Source: Paludibacteraceae bacterium (GTDB lineage Bacteria > Bacteroidota > Bacteroidia > Bacteroidales > Paludibacteraceae). Taken from it: a DNA stretch of 64,000 nucleotides. The notes below the pieces were generated by a model. The model did no database searches. It was not told the DNA's origin and worked only from the letters and a program-made list of their open reading frames with translations. The translations under genes were made by a program, and so were the position numbers. Of the stretch, positions 17,606 to 27,020 are shown one piece after another. The stretch spans positions 267 through 64,266 of the forward strand of contig JAZUIF010000107.1 of NCBI GenBank assembly GCA_045642085.1, read 5' to 3'. Each line of letters opens with the position of its first letter. The stretch's first letter is position 1.

Positions 17606-18070
17606 TTATTTAGTTGATTTACGAACATCCACAACTGTTCCTACAAAATGCAGACGTTCTCCTGCAAGCAAGTGATTGAAGTCGAGAGTCACCTCGTCTT
17701 CATCCATATCGATAATGACAGCATCACGTTTTGTGCCGTCTTCCATACTCATTGTGATAAGGTTGTCGACATAAATCTCCTCTTCGTCAATCTCACCGTC
17801 GACAAGGAAAGTCGATTTTGGTACTGTCACCACTTTGTCCTCGTCGTACTCGCCATATGCATCCTCACACTCAATATAGAAATCGAATGCTTCACCCACT
17901 TCCTTACCCATCAGGTTCTCCTCGAATTTCTCCAATTCAGTGCCTGCACCGCAAGTGAATTTATATGGCTGGCTCTTTTTTGTCTGCTCCATCAACTCCT
18001 CCTTTTCTCCTTCGTCACCGACAAAGAGCTGATAGCCGACTGAAACGACTGTATTTTTTGATACCTTCAT
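17606..18070 (-). CDS. SlyD-type FKBP peptidyl-prolyl isomerase, tail-less paralog
   Basis: 154 aa; same NHLLAGERLHF motif; in tandem with the preceding gene. Confidence 0.85.
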   Translation of the reverse strand: MKVSKNTVVSVGYQLFVGDEGEKEELMEQTKKSQPYKFTCGAGTELEKFEENLMGKEVGEAFDFYIECEDAYGEYDEDKVVTVPKSTFLVDGEIDEEEIYVDNLITMSMEDGTKRDAVIIDMDEDEVTLDFNHLLAGERLHFVGTVVDVRKSTK

Positions 18071-18105
18071 CTATTTATTATTTCGTTAATTGCCTACAAA
18101 GATAA

Positions 18106-19197
18106 TTAATTTTTATTCTCTTCCGTGCCTTCCAAACCAAGAATGGATTCGAATTCTGCATCTTTCTCACTGAAGAGCTTTTGTCGACGTTTCTCCCACT
18201 GCTCTTTAGCCAACTGCTGCATGTCGATTTGAGTGTCGCTCTCATCTGTGATCTCAAGTCCGAGGATGGTCTCGATAACGTCCTCCATAGTGACAATTCC
18301 TTCCAATCCGCCATACTCATCGATTACCATCGCCATGTGCTCCTTTCGCGCGATCATCGTGTCGTAGAATGAAAGGATAGAGGTATGCTCATAACAGCAT
18401 GTGATGGAGCGACGTATCTGCTTAAGCTGCATATTGTCTTTATCGTTGGCAAGATGGTAGAGCACATCACTTTTTAGCACAAATCCGGTGATTGTATCTA
18501 GAGATTCCGAATAGATCGGAATACGTGAGTAGCGCTTGAAATCTTTAGTCTTGAAAAACTCCCTAAGTGTCATGTCTTCTTGAACAGCCCACACCACAGT
18601 ACGCGGAGTCATGATATTACGAATCTTGATCTGACGCAGTTTGATAAGATTAGTGATGATCTTGCTCTCACTTGTGGCAAACACACCCTCCTTCTCACCG
18701 ATAGATGTAAGTACGGCAATCTCCTCACGGCTGACAGTCTGCGTCTCCTTCTTAGCAAAGAGCTGAGTAAGTTTCTCTGTGATTATCACAAGCGGGAAAG
18801 CAATGTAATAAAGAGCCTGAACAAAATATGCTACTGGGACACAAAGTGAGCGCCAATAGTTGGAACCTATTGATTTAGGGATGATTTCTGAGAAGATAAG
18901 GATTGTTATGGTCAAACCAGCAGAGACATATCCAAACCATTCACTACCAAGCACCTCCTGCACCTGCATACCCACAGCTGAGGCTCCCAACGTGTTGGCG
19001 ATGGTGTTGACAGAAAGGATAGCTGAGATAGGTCGACCCATATTATCCTTCAGACTCTTCAATAGTTTTCCACCCTTGCTTTTTGTCGCCAGTGTTTCAG
19101 CATAAGGAATAGATGTGGAGAACATTACCGACTCGGAGATTGAGCACAGGAACGAGATGAATACAGTCAGAAAGAGATATAATATCAGTAAAAACAT
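18106..19197 (-). CDS. CNNM/DUF21 membrane protein with a CBS pair (hemolysin/CorC-like family)
   Basis: 363 aa; hydrophobic N-terminal half followed by a CBS-pair-like region. Confidence 0.85.
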   Translation of the reverse strand: MFLLILYLFLTVFISFLCSISESVMFSTSIPYAETLATKSKGGKLLKSLKDNMGRPISAILSVNTIANTLGASAVGMQVQEVLGSEWFGYVSAGLTITILIFSEIIPKSIGSNYWRSLCVPVAYFVQALYYIAFPLVIITEKLTQLFAKKETQTVSREEIAVLTSIGEKEGVFATSESKIITNLIKLRQIKIRNIMTPRTVVWAVQEDMTLREFFKTKDFKRYSRIPIYSESLDTITGFVLKSDVLYHLANDKDNMQLKQIRRSITCCYEHTSILSFYDTMIARKEHMAMVIDEYGGLEGIVTMEDVIETILGLEITDESDTQIDMQQLAKEQWEKRRQKLFSEKDAEFESILGLEGTEENKN

Positions 19198-19228
19198 GAT
19201 TATCTATTTTGTCTAAAGAATATGACCA

Positions 19229-19236
19229 CAAAAATA
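19229..19236 (-). promoter_or_regulatory. -7 box TATTTTTG upstream of the CNNM gene
   Basis: TAnnTTTG about 32 nt upstream of the ATG at 19197. Confidence 0.4.
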
Positions 19237-19263
19237 CAAAAATGTCGTGGATTTCATAAAAAA

Positions 19264-19287
19264 AGAGACGCGGATTACCACGTCTCT
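19264..19287. repeat. GTAGAGACG-family hairpin AGAGACGCGG-ATTA-CCACGTCTCT
   Basis: Nearly the reverse complement of the copy at 54564-54587. Confidence 0.5.
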
Positions 19288-19687
19288 ATATATGTCCTAT
19301 ACCTTTTGTATTTTCAATGTGTTATTGGGAATTTTGGATTTCTCCAGTTTTCGGAGAGCAATTACGGAAAACCGTAATGCTCTACAAAAACGCGTGTGTT
19401 TTTCTATATATACCCTATTACAAAAATCAAATGGTATTAAAAGGTTGAAAGGTTGTCTTCGTTTTTCGGGTTGCAAATTTCAGTTTTTTTTACTTTTTAT
19501 CCAAATTTTAAAACATTTTGTACAACATGGTTTTTCAGCAACAAACTCGGTTTTTAATATTGCTTACTTACCCCTCAAAAGGCAAAAAAGGTAAATGCGC
19601 TAAACGATTTTTGAATTTTTTGCACCATTCTAACCAATTTTAGACATTCTCAATTAATTGTAAAATTACCTTCTTATATACAAACCA

Positions 19688-19724
19688 AAAAAATCCGCTG
19701 AACTTGCGTCCAGCGGATTTTATT
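19688..19724 (-). terminator. Terminator after glnN
   Basis: ATCCGCTG-N10-CAGCGGAT flanked by A and T runs. Confidence 0.7.
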
Positions 19725-19746
19725 AATATGAATCAGTCAGTATGAA

Positions 19747-21942
19747 TTATCTGATGAACAATAGCTCACGATACTTAGGCAATGTCCACATCTCATCGTC
19801 AACGATCATCTCAAGCTTGTCGATCTCGTAACGGATCTTGTCGAAGAATGGGATTACTGTATCATGGTAAGCAACTGCCTTAGCACGCTCTGCCTCTATC
19901 TTGTTAGCAACCTTTCTTGCCTCGATCATCTCAGCAGTCAAAGTCTTGATCTTAGCGATACGCTCTGAAATCTCACGGATAAGATCTGAATCTGTACCTG
20001 CAAGCTTCAATGCCTCGTCCTTACCGTAAACCTGAGTCATCTTGAATACGTTGTCAAGAAGCAATGACTGGTAGCGTGTTGCAACTGGGATGATATTGTT
20101 GATTGCCATGTCGCCTAGCACACGTGCCTCGATCTGGATCTTCTTTGTATATGTCTCCCACTTGATCTCGTTTCTTGCCTCAAGCTCTCTCTCGCTGAAT
20201 ACACCTAGGCTCTCGAACATCTTTACAGACTCTGGAGTTGTGTATGCGTCGTAGATAACTGGAACTGAAGTCTCGCAGTTCAAACCACGCTTAGCAGCCT
20301 CAGCCTTCCACTCATCTGAGTAACCGTTACCGTCGAAACGGATAGCCTTACTCTCCTTGATATACTGCTTGATAACCTCGAACAATGCCTTGCTCTTGCT
20401 TGCTCCTGCAGCGATCTTAGCGTCAACTGCTGCCTTGAAATCCTTAAGCTGAGCAGCCATAGCTGAGTTCAATGCGATCATTGCACATGCACAGTTTGCT
20501 GATGAACCTACTGCACGGAACTCGAAACGGTTTCCTGTGAATGCGAATGGTGATGTACGGTTACGATCTGTGTTATCGATTAGCAACTCTGGAATTGTAG
20601 CAACTGCAAGCTTCATCTTCTTCTTAGAGTCCATTACGATTGCCTCCTCTGATGTAGCAGCCTCAAGCTTGTCAAGAACAGCTGAGATCTGGCTTCCAAG
20701 GAATACAGAAATGATTGCTGGTGGTGCCTCGTTTGCTCCTAGACGGTGAGCGTTCTGAGCTGTCATTACAGATGCCTTAAGAAGTGCATTGTTCTTGTAA
20801 ACAGCCATCAAAGCATTTACTACGAATGTTACAAACTGTAGGTTCTCCTCTGGAGTCTTACCTGGAGTGAACAAACCTACACCTGTGTTTGTACCTAGTG
20901 ACCAGTTGTTGTGCTTACCTGAACCGTTGATTCCTGCGAATGGCTTCTCGTGAAGAAGTACGCGGAAACCGTGCTTACGAGCGATCTTCTCCATGATTGT
21001 CATGATAAGAAGGTTCTGGTCGTTAGCGAAGTTTGTCTCATTGAAGATTGGAGCCAACTCAAACTGGTTTGGAGCTACCTCGTTGTGACGAGTCTTCAAT
21101 GGAATATTATATTTATAACCCTCGAACTCAAGGTCACGCATGAAAGCCTGAACTCTTGAAGGAATTGATCCGAAGTAGTGGTCGTCAAGCTGCTGGTTCT
21201 TTGCAGACTCGTGTCCGATCAATGTACGACCTGTAAGTAGCAAGTCTGGACGTGCTGCGTAAAGACCCTCGTCAACCAAGAAGTACTCCTGCTCCCAACC
21301 TAGGTAAGAGAATACCTTCTTTACTGAAGCGTCGAAGTAGTGGCAAACATCAACTGCTGCCTTATCTACAGCGCCTAGAGCCTTCAAAAGTGGAGTCTTG
21401 TAGTCAAGCTGCTCACCAGTGTATGAGATAAATACTGTAGGGATACATAGTGTGTCGTCTACAATGAATGCTGGTGATGATGGATCCCATGCTGTATATC
21501 CACGTGCCTCAAATGTTGAGCGGATACCTCCTGATGGGAATGATGATGCATCTGGCTCTGCCTGTGCAAGAAGCTTTCCTGAGAACTCCTCGATAACTGG
21601 ACCACCAGGCATACCTGCGTACTCAATAAATGAGTCGTGCTTCTCTGCTGTACCTTCTGTTAGAGGCTGGAACCAGTGTGTATAGTGAGTGGCACCCATC
21701 TCCATTGCCCAGCTCTTCATACCAGCTGCAACACCGTTTGCGATTGTACGGTCTAGAGTTTCGCCATTGTCAATTGCCTTTGTTAGGATCTTGTAAGTCT
21801 CTTTTGAAAGATACTTGATCATCTTCTCACGGTTGAATACATACTTACCGTAGTATTCTGATGTCATCCCCTCTGGAGATGCTACTGCAAGCGCTTTCTT
21901 CTTGAAAGCCTCGCTAACAACTTTGAATCTTAAGTTTGACAT
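19747..21942 (-). CDS. glnN: Type III glutamine synthetase
   Basis: 731 aa, the length and N-terminus typical of Bacteroides-type GSIII. Confidence 0.95.
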   Translation of the reverse strand: MSNLRFKVVSEAFKKKALAVASPEGMTSEYYGKYVFNREKMIKYLSKETYKILTKAIDNGETLDRTIANGVAAGMKSWAMEMGATHYTHWFQPLTEGTAEKHDSFIEYAGMPGGPVIEEFSGKLLAQAEPDASSFPSGGIRSTFEARGYTAWDPSSPAFIVDDTLCIPTVFISYTGEQLDYKTPLLKALGAVDKAAVDVCHYFDASVKKVFSYLGWEQEYFLVDEGLYAARPDLLLTGRTLIGHESAKNQQLDDHYFGSIPSRVQAFMRDLEFEGYKYNIPLKTRHNEVAPNQFELAPIFNETNFANDQNLLIMTIMEKIARKHGFRVLLHEKPFAGINGSGKHNNWSLGTNTGVGLFTPGKTPEENLQFVTFVVNALMAVYKNNALLKASVMTAQNAHRLGANEAPPAIISVFLGSQISAVLDKLEAATSEEAIVMDSKKKMKLAVATIPELLIDNTDRNRTSPFAFTGNRFEFRAVGSSANCACAMIALNSAMAAQLKDFKAAVDAKIAAGASKSKALFEVIKQYIKESKAIRFDGNGYSDEWKAEAAKRGLNCETSVPVIYDAYTTPESVKMFESLGVFSERELEARNEIKWETYTKKIQIEARVLGDMAINNIIPVATRYQSLLLDNVFKMTQVYGKDEALKLAGTDSDLIREISERIAKIKTLTAEMIEARKVANKIEAERAKAVAYHDTVIPFFDKIRYEIDKLEMIVDDEMWTLPKYRELLFIR

Positions 21943-21982
21943 AATGATTCTCGTTTTATAATGTTATTACTATTTTCAAAAT

Positions 21983-22047
21983 TTCCGTTGGAAGTAAAAT
22001 TCTTTGTTTTTGCTTAGAAAAGGTCTTTTTTTTCTTCCATTGGAAGT
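21983..22047. promoter_or_regulatory. Two palindromic boxes, TTCCGTTGGAAGT and TTCCATTGGAAGT, 52 bp apart upstream of glnN
   Basis: TTCC-N3-GGAA palindromes at 21983-21995 and 22035-22047; a candidate -7 box (TAACTTTG, minus strand) at 22077-22084. Confidence 0.3.
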
Positions 22048-22457
22048 GGAAATGACCCTTTTTCCTTCCGACGATGCAAAGTTAAGCAAGAATTTGCTCT
22101 CTCCTAACTAAATAATGTTAAAATCGACACTTTTTTAAACCTAAATTCAAATTGTCATAAAACATAGTCAAAATTCTTCAAATTGTAAGGTTTGAAACTT
22201 CCAATCCTTACAATTTGACACACAGATACAAAACTCTCCCCTCCTGTCATTTCACAATGTTACTTTTCGACGCAAATCACATTCATTTTGTCACGTTTTT
22301 GATTAAAATACGATGCTTTTTGATTGCATTTGCCCAAATTATCGCTTTTACATTTTGTATCTGCAATGTAGGGTACGTTTCAAACCTGCCCGCAAATAAT
22401 TATCGGGCGGGTTTGAAACCCGCCCCTACGTTCCTTGGATTTTCCAATATATTATTC

Positions 22458-22465
22458 TACTTTTG
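22458..22465 (+). promoter_or_regulatory. -7 box TACTTTTG upstream of the GH30-like gene
   Basis: 28 nt upstream of the ATG at 22493; argues against the ORF-track start at 22463. Confidence 0.45.
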
Positions 22466-22492
22466 TCTTACTACATATTTAAATATAAACAC

Positions 22493-24616
22493 ATGAAGAA
22501 AATTTTTACTCTTGCAGCTCTTACGCTATGCTCTATAGCGAATGCAGCTTCCTACATCTCCAACGGTTTCTTCGAACAGAATATCGATGGATGGCAGATG
22601 TGGAACGGTGGCGACGATGGTGCTGCCGTAGAACGTGAAAGCGGAACTCAGTTTGATGGTGTCGGCTGTATGAAGGTCGTCAACCCTATTAGCGATCCCG
22701 AAAATCAGTGGAAGGTGCAGATCCACACTAATTTTGAAGTCGACGGTGATGGTCTTCCAGCTGGCGAATACGAGCTTTCGTACTATATCCGCACTCAGAG
22801 TGGCACAGGTTCTGTCCGCGTCTCTACTTCTGGTGAGGCTAACTATCAGGGGGATCAGGAAGTGTCTGCCACTTATTCTCAAAAGACTCTTACTTTCACT
22901 TCAAAAGGTGAGGTGGATGGATTCAATTTCGACCTTGCCCACACAGCCAACACATATTTTATAGATAATGTGACTTTGACTGCTTTATCGGTGGAGCAAC
23001 AGCCGGATGATAATGGTGAATATACTAAGGCGACTGTCGGCTTGGATATCAAAGACAAGCAACAGGAGGTGCTTGGTATCGGTGGTGGTATCGTTTACTA
23101 TCAGAGCTGGTTCACTCAGCATCCTAACAGCGAGGCTATCTTCGACACTATCTACACTGGTCTTGGATTGTCCGCTCTACGTGTCGGCAACTGGAAGCAG
23201 GATGAGCTCGATCAACATGATGGTTTGAATGATGAGTTGGCTGTCTACAACGAGGCAGTCAAACGTCTTGGTCGCGAGAATTTCATCGTGGAGATGTCGT
23301 CGTGGGCTGCCCCTGGCGACTTGAAAGAGAATGGCGACAAGGATGGCCCATACTCATTAAAGAAAGGTCCTGACGGCAAATTCGTCTACAATGAATTCGC
23401 TGAGTGGTGGAAGAACTCTTTGGCTAAATATCAGGAGCAGGGAATCCACCCAGACTATATCTCAATGCAGAACGAGCCTGATATGGAGGCGACTTATGCC
23501 GCTACCCTATTCGATGCGACCGAAAACTACGTCGACTACACAGGTAAGAAATTCGACCGTGCTGGTTACGACAAGGCTCTTCCAATCTTTGTTGCTAAGA
23601 TTAAGGAGCTAAACGAAGTGCCTAAGATTCTTGGTCCAGAGGTGCTTGGTATCGGCTACGGCAACACACAGAAATATATGGATGCTCTCGACGCCTCTTT
23701 ACTAGACGGTTTGGCATTCCACTACTATCATAGTGGAGAGGAGGCTTCCGACAGATATGCGAAACCAAACGCATATATCAACGCACAGAAGGAGTTGGCT
23801 ACTAAGTATGCCGACATGCCACAGTTTATGACTGAGAACTGCGCTATGCGTGCTGAGAAGAACGGTAACGATATCCACACTGCTTGGATCATCGCCAACA
23901 GTTTCAACTACAACCGTGTAGGCTCATATATGTATTGGAACCTATTGTGGGGAACATCAGACAAAGATGGTTGTATTGCAGTAAACAATCCATGGGACAA
24001 GAGTCAGTGGAAATCAGATGAAGGTTATCAGGTATGTCTTGACTACCACGGTCTACGCCATTTCTCTAAATTCGCACCTAAGGGTTATATCTGTGTCGGC
24101 AGCACAACAGACAATCCTGACTTGGTTGTCACATCATTCGTTAGCCCAGATGGAAACAAAGCCACTATCGTTGTAATCAACAAGGGTAGCAACCATGCTG
24201 TAAAGGTGACTTCACCATTTGAGAAATGTACTGCTCGTTTGACAATGACAGCCACTTCAAAGGATGAGAGAAGCAAGGATTATGGTGTGATCGACTTGGA
24301 CGACGAGATTGAGATGCCAAAGATGAGTATCGCTACCATCACAATGGAGAACAGTGGAATCGCGATTTATGTAAAGCAAAATGTAGCCGACGACGCATTC
24401 AATGCAATGTTCGCTAACGACAACCTACAGATTATCTCATCAGAGCAGGCAGACGCAACAGTTGAGGTTTGGGATGTGACTGGTAAGGTTTGGATCAACA
24501 ATGCCATCTCATTGAACGCAGGAGTCAATACAGTTGAGGCTAACATCCCTTCAGGTGTTTACTTCGTTAAGGTGATCGCAAACGGCAAACAGTCGGTTGT
24601 GAAATGCATTAAATAA
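22493..24616 (+). CDS. Secreted glycoside hydrolase (GH30-like) with an N-terminal CBM4/9-type module and a T9SS type A sorting domain
   Basis: Signal peptide MKKIFTLAAL; CBM-like NGFFEQNIDGW; MQNEPD motif; C-terminal GVYFVKVIANGKQSVVKCIK. Confidence 0.8.
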   Translation: MKKIFTLAALTLCSIANAASYISNGFFEQNIDGWQMWNGGDDGAAVERESGTQFDGVGCMKVVNPISDPENQWKVQIHTNFEVDGDGLPAGEYELSYYIRTQSGTGSVRVSTSGEANYQGDQEVSATYSQKTLTFTSKGEVDGFNFDLAHTANTYFIDNVTLTALSVEQQPDDNGEYTKATVGLDIKDKQQEVLGIGGGIVYYQSWFTQHPNSEAIFDTIYTGLGLSALRVGNWKQDELDQHDGLNDELAVYNEAVKRLGRENFIVEMSSWAAPGDLKENGDKDGPYSLKKGPDGKFVYNEFAEWWKNSLAKYQEQGIHPDYISMQNEPDMEATYAATLFDATENYVDYTGKKFDRAGYDKALPIFVAKIKELNEVPKILGPEVLGIGYGNTQKYMDALDASLLDGLAFHYYHSGEEASDRYAKPNAYINAQKELATKYADMPQFMTENCAMRAEKNGNDIHTAWIIANSFNYNRVGSYMYWNLLWGTSDKDGCIAVNNPWDKSQWKSDEGYQVCLDYHGLRHFSKFAPKGYICVGSTTDNPDLVVTSFVSPDGNKATIVVINKGSNHAVKVTSPFEKCTARLTMTATSKDERSKDYGVIDLDDEIEMPKMSIATITMENSGIAIYVKQNVADDAFNAMFANDNLQIISSEQADATVEVWDVTGKVWINNAISLNAGVNTVEANIPSGVYFVKVIANGKQSVVKCIK

Positions 24617-24654
24617 TAGACGTTGACGATAACGTTGACGCTGACATAAATGAA

Positions 24655-24688
24655 AATAGGTGCGATTTACATTGCACCTATTTTTTTG
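24655..24688 (+). terminator. Terminator after the GH30-like gene
   Basis: AATAGGTGC-N10-GCACCTATT followed by a T run. Confidence 0.75.
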
Positions 24689-24715
24689 CAAAATTTTACC
24701 TTAAAAGGTAGATGG
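24683..24715. repeat. 33-bp direct repeat, copy 1, covering the Fic stop codon and 3' flank
   Basis: TTTTTGCAAAATTTTACCTTAAAAGGTAGATGG versus 25781-25813; 31 of 33 identical. Confidence 0.75.
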
Positions 24716-25774
24716 CGTGATGATCACCCTCCAAGTGTTATCCTTTTCCACACGTTGTATGTATCCCTTTGCTGTCATCTGTTTTAGTTGTTTGTTTATT
24801 GCTGCAATGTTGATTCCAATCTCATCAGAAAGTTTCTGAATTGTAATATCTGGATAAGCGTACATAAGATTAAGGATCTTGCTTGTAGACTCACTTCGAA
24901 AATTTATTCTCTCCCCATCAAACCACCATACATTATCACCTCTTTCCGTTAAAAAACGAATGTTATAGGAGACCTCTTCAACAAACAGTTTAGAAAAATA
25001 TGTCAAGAAATGTTGAATATCTCTTTTTGAAGCATGAGCACCAAGAGCAGGAGTTGACCCCACTCTAAGGTCGGTTTTATGTAAGGCCTCAAGATAATCA
25101 TTCTTTTTGCGACTTCTGACAACAATCATTGGATAATTGTGTCGAGAAAGAATATAATTGACCATCAATCTAGCGATACGTCCATTGCCATCTTCAAAAG
25201 GATGAATGCGAATGTAGCGATAATGGAATATCGCAGCTAATTCAATAGGAGTAAACTTACCTGACTGTTCTGCCTCATTATACCAGTCGACAAGATCAGA
25301 CATCAACGCAGGAGTCTCTTCTGGAGATGCGTATTCAAATCTATCTCCATAGCGTGTTATCACACTGTTAGGACGAGTTTTATATTGACCAGCGTGAATT
25401 ACATAACTGGTTATCTGTCCACCTGGGAGATTACGACATACAGTATAATCTTCTCGGAGTAAAGTCTTATGAAGGGTGCGAATAAAGTTTTGAGTAAGTG
25501 GCGTGCTTTGCATGACAGCCTCCTCTGTCATCATTTTAAGACCTACATTACTTGCTGTCATCTCTTGAATATCTTTCACTTCCGCCTCTCCTACAACTTT
25601 CCCAAACAGAAGAAGTATTTCTGTTTGCCCATAGGTAAGTGTATTTCCTTCAATATGGTTGCTGTTATAGTTGAAATCAATGGTAAATCTGCGACTTAGC
25701 AGCTCCTTGTCTCTTTCCGAAAGTGGCTGCAACGCATCCCATTGCTTCATAATATCTAAAATCTTATCCATCAT
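24701..25774 (-). CDS. Fic-family protein (Fic_N + Fic + C-terminal wHTH), class II type
   Basis: Fic motif HPFEDGNGRIAR; N-terminal inhibitory-helix motif SNHIEG; the first ATG is at 25774 (the track start is a TTG). Confidence 0.92.
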   Translation of the reverse strand: MMDKILDIMKQWDALQPLSERDKELLSRRFTIDFNYNSNHIEGNTLTYGQTEILLLFGKVVGEAEVKDIQEMTASNVGLKMMTEEAVMQSTPLTQNFIRTLHKTLLREDYTVCRNLPGGQITSYVIHAGQYKTRPNSVITRYGDRFEYASPEETPALMSDLVDWYNEAEQSGKFTPIELAAIFHYRYIRIHPFEDGNGRIARLMVNYILSRHNYPMIVVRSRKKNDYLEALHKTDLRVGSTPALGAHASKRDIQHFLTYFSKLFVEEVSYNIRFLTERGDNVWWFDGERINFRSESTSKILNLMYAYPDITIQKLSDEIGINIAAINKQLKQMTAKGYIQRVEKDNTWRVIITPSTF

Positions 25775-25780
25775 TAGCAC

Positions 25781-25813
25781 TTTTTGCAAGATTTTACCTT
25801 AAAAGGTAGACGG
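25781..25813. repeat. 33-bp direct repeat, copy 2, immediately upstream of the Fic ATG
   Basis: TTTTTGCAAGATTTTACCTTAAAAGGTAGACGG; read on the minus strand it also encodes PSTF-stop. Confidence 0.75.
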
Positions 25814-25935
25814 TATCTACCTTTTTCATTATTTTTCTGCAAATAAAAGCATTATTACTGTATTATCAAAAAGTTTTGAATACATAAATTGGCATCACAT
25901 ATTAGATCATCGATTAGGTTCTACCCCCCTAAAAA

Positions 25936-25976
25936 CGAAAAAAAAGCGTGGAATTTGCATTCCACGCCTATTTTTC
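25936..25976 (-). terminator. Terminator after rpmH
   Basis: GCGTGGAAT-TTGC-ATTCCACGC flanked by A and T runs. Confidence 0.75.
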
Positions 25977-25995
25977 TTTTGCCTTTCCTTCTAGA

Positions 25996-26154
25996 TTATC
26001 TCTTCAAAGCTGGCTCGTCAGACACTGTAAGCTTCTTTCTACCGTGAGCTCTACGTGCAGCAAGTACGCGACGTCCGTTTGGAGTCTCCATTCTTGAACG
26101 AAAACCGTGCTTATGTCTTCTCTTTGTGTTCGAAGGTTGATAAGTTCTTTTCAT
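25996..26154 (-). CDS. rpmH: 50S ribosomal protein L34
   Basis: My own translation: [52 protein letters not shown]. Below the length cut-off of the ORF track. Confidence 0.95.
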   Translation of the reverse strand: MKRTYQPSNTKRRHKHGFRSRMETPNGRRVLAARRAHGRKKLTVSDEPALKR

Positions 26155-26429
26155 TTTATTTTACTTTTTTAATTATTTTCTAACTTTTTGCTTTTCAATA
26201 TCCTTGAAAATCGGAATGCAAAATTATAGTTTTTAGAGGATAAAACAAATATTTTCTATCTTTTTTTATGCATTTGTTAATAACTTGGCTTCATATAATG
26301 AACGACCAGTTTATTTTCCTTAAATCCTCTATTAAAAACCATAGGTTTTCTCTATGTCCTCTGTGTTTCATTTCGCTCACTAAGTCTCTACTGGCTCCAT
26401 CGCTTCCCCCTTTAGGGGGATTGAGAGGG

Positions 26430-27008
26430 CTAATTGAGATTGCTCAACGCTTCCTGCATTTTTTCAATGGCTTTGCGTCTGTGCGATATGCTGTTTTTCA
26501 CCTCATCGTCTAATTCTGCAAGGGTTTTGTCGTAGCCTTCAGGAATGAAGACGGGATCATATCCGAATCCGTTAGTTCCACGTCGTCCTCTTGTGATTTC
26601 ACCGTTAAGAGTGCCCTCACAATGGATCTCATAGTTTGGCATTACCAATGTGATATGAGCTACGAATCGAGCCTTACGGTTTTCCTCCTCATCAAGCACT
26701 GCTAGAAGTTTATCGATGTTGGTGCTGTCTGTCGCACCATCACCTGCGAAACGAGCTGTATAGACTCCCGGAGCACCATCCAACGCATCACACTCAAGTC
26801 CACTGTCGTCTGCCATAGTAGGCAAACCAGTTTTCTCGAATATAAACTTTGCCTTTAGACGAGAGTTTTCAGCGTATGTCGTTCCGTTTTCTTCAGCTGA
26901 TTCAGTTATTCCAGCCTCTGCCTGTGTGATTAATTCAACCTTATCGCCCAAGATAGCTGCAAACTCAGCCACCTTGCCTTTGTTCTTGGTTGCCAAAACT
27001 ATCTTCAT
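26430..27008 (-). CDS. rdgB: Non-canonical purine NTP pyrophosphatase (RdgB/HAM1)
   Basis: 192 aa; MKIVLATKNKGKVAEF start, FGYDPVF motif. Confidence 0.93.
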   Translation of the reverse strand: MKIVLATKNKGKVAEFAAILGDKVELITQAEAGITESAEENGTTYAENSRLKAKFIFEKTGLPTMADDSGLECDALDGAPGVYTARFAGDGATDSTNIDKLLAVLDEEENRKARFVAHITLVMPNYEIHCEGTLNGEITRGRRGTNGFGYDPVFIPEGYDKTLAELDDEVKNSISHRRKAIEKMQEALSNLN

Positions 27009-27020
27009 AGTATCCGAATA

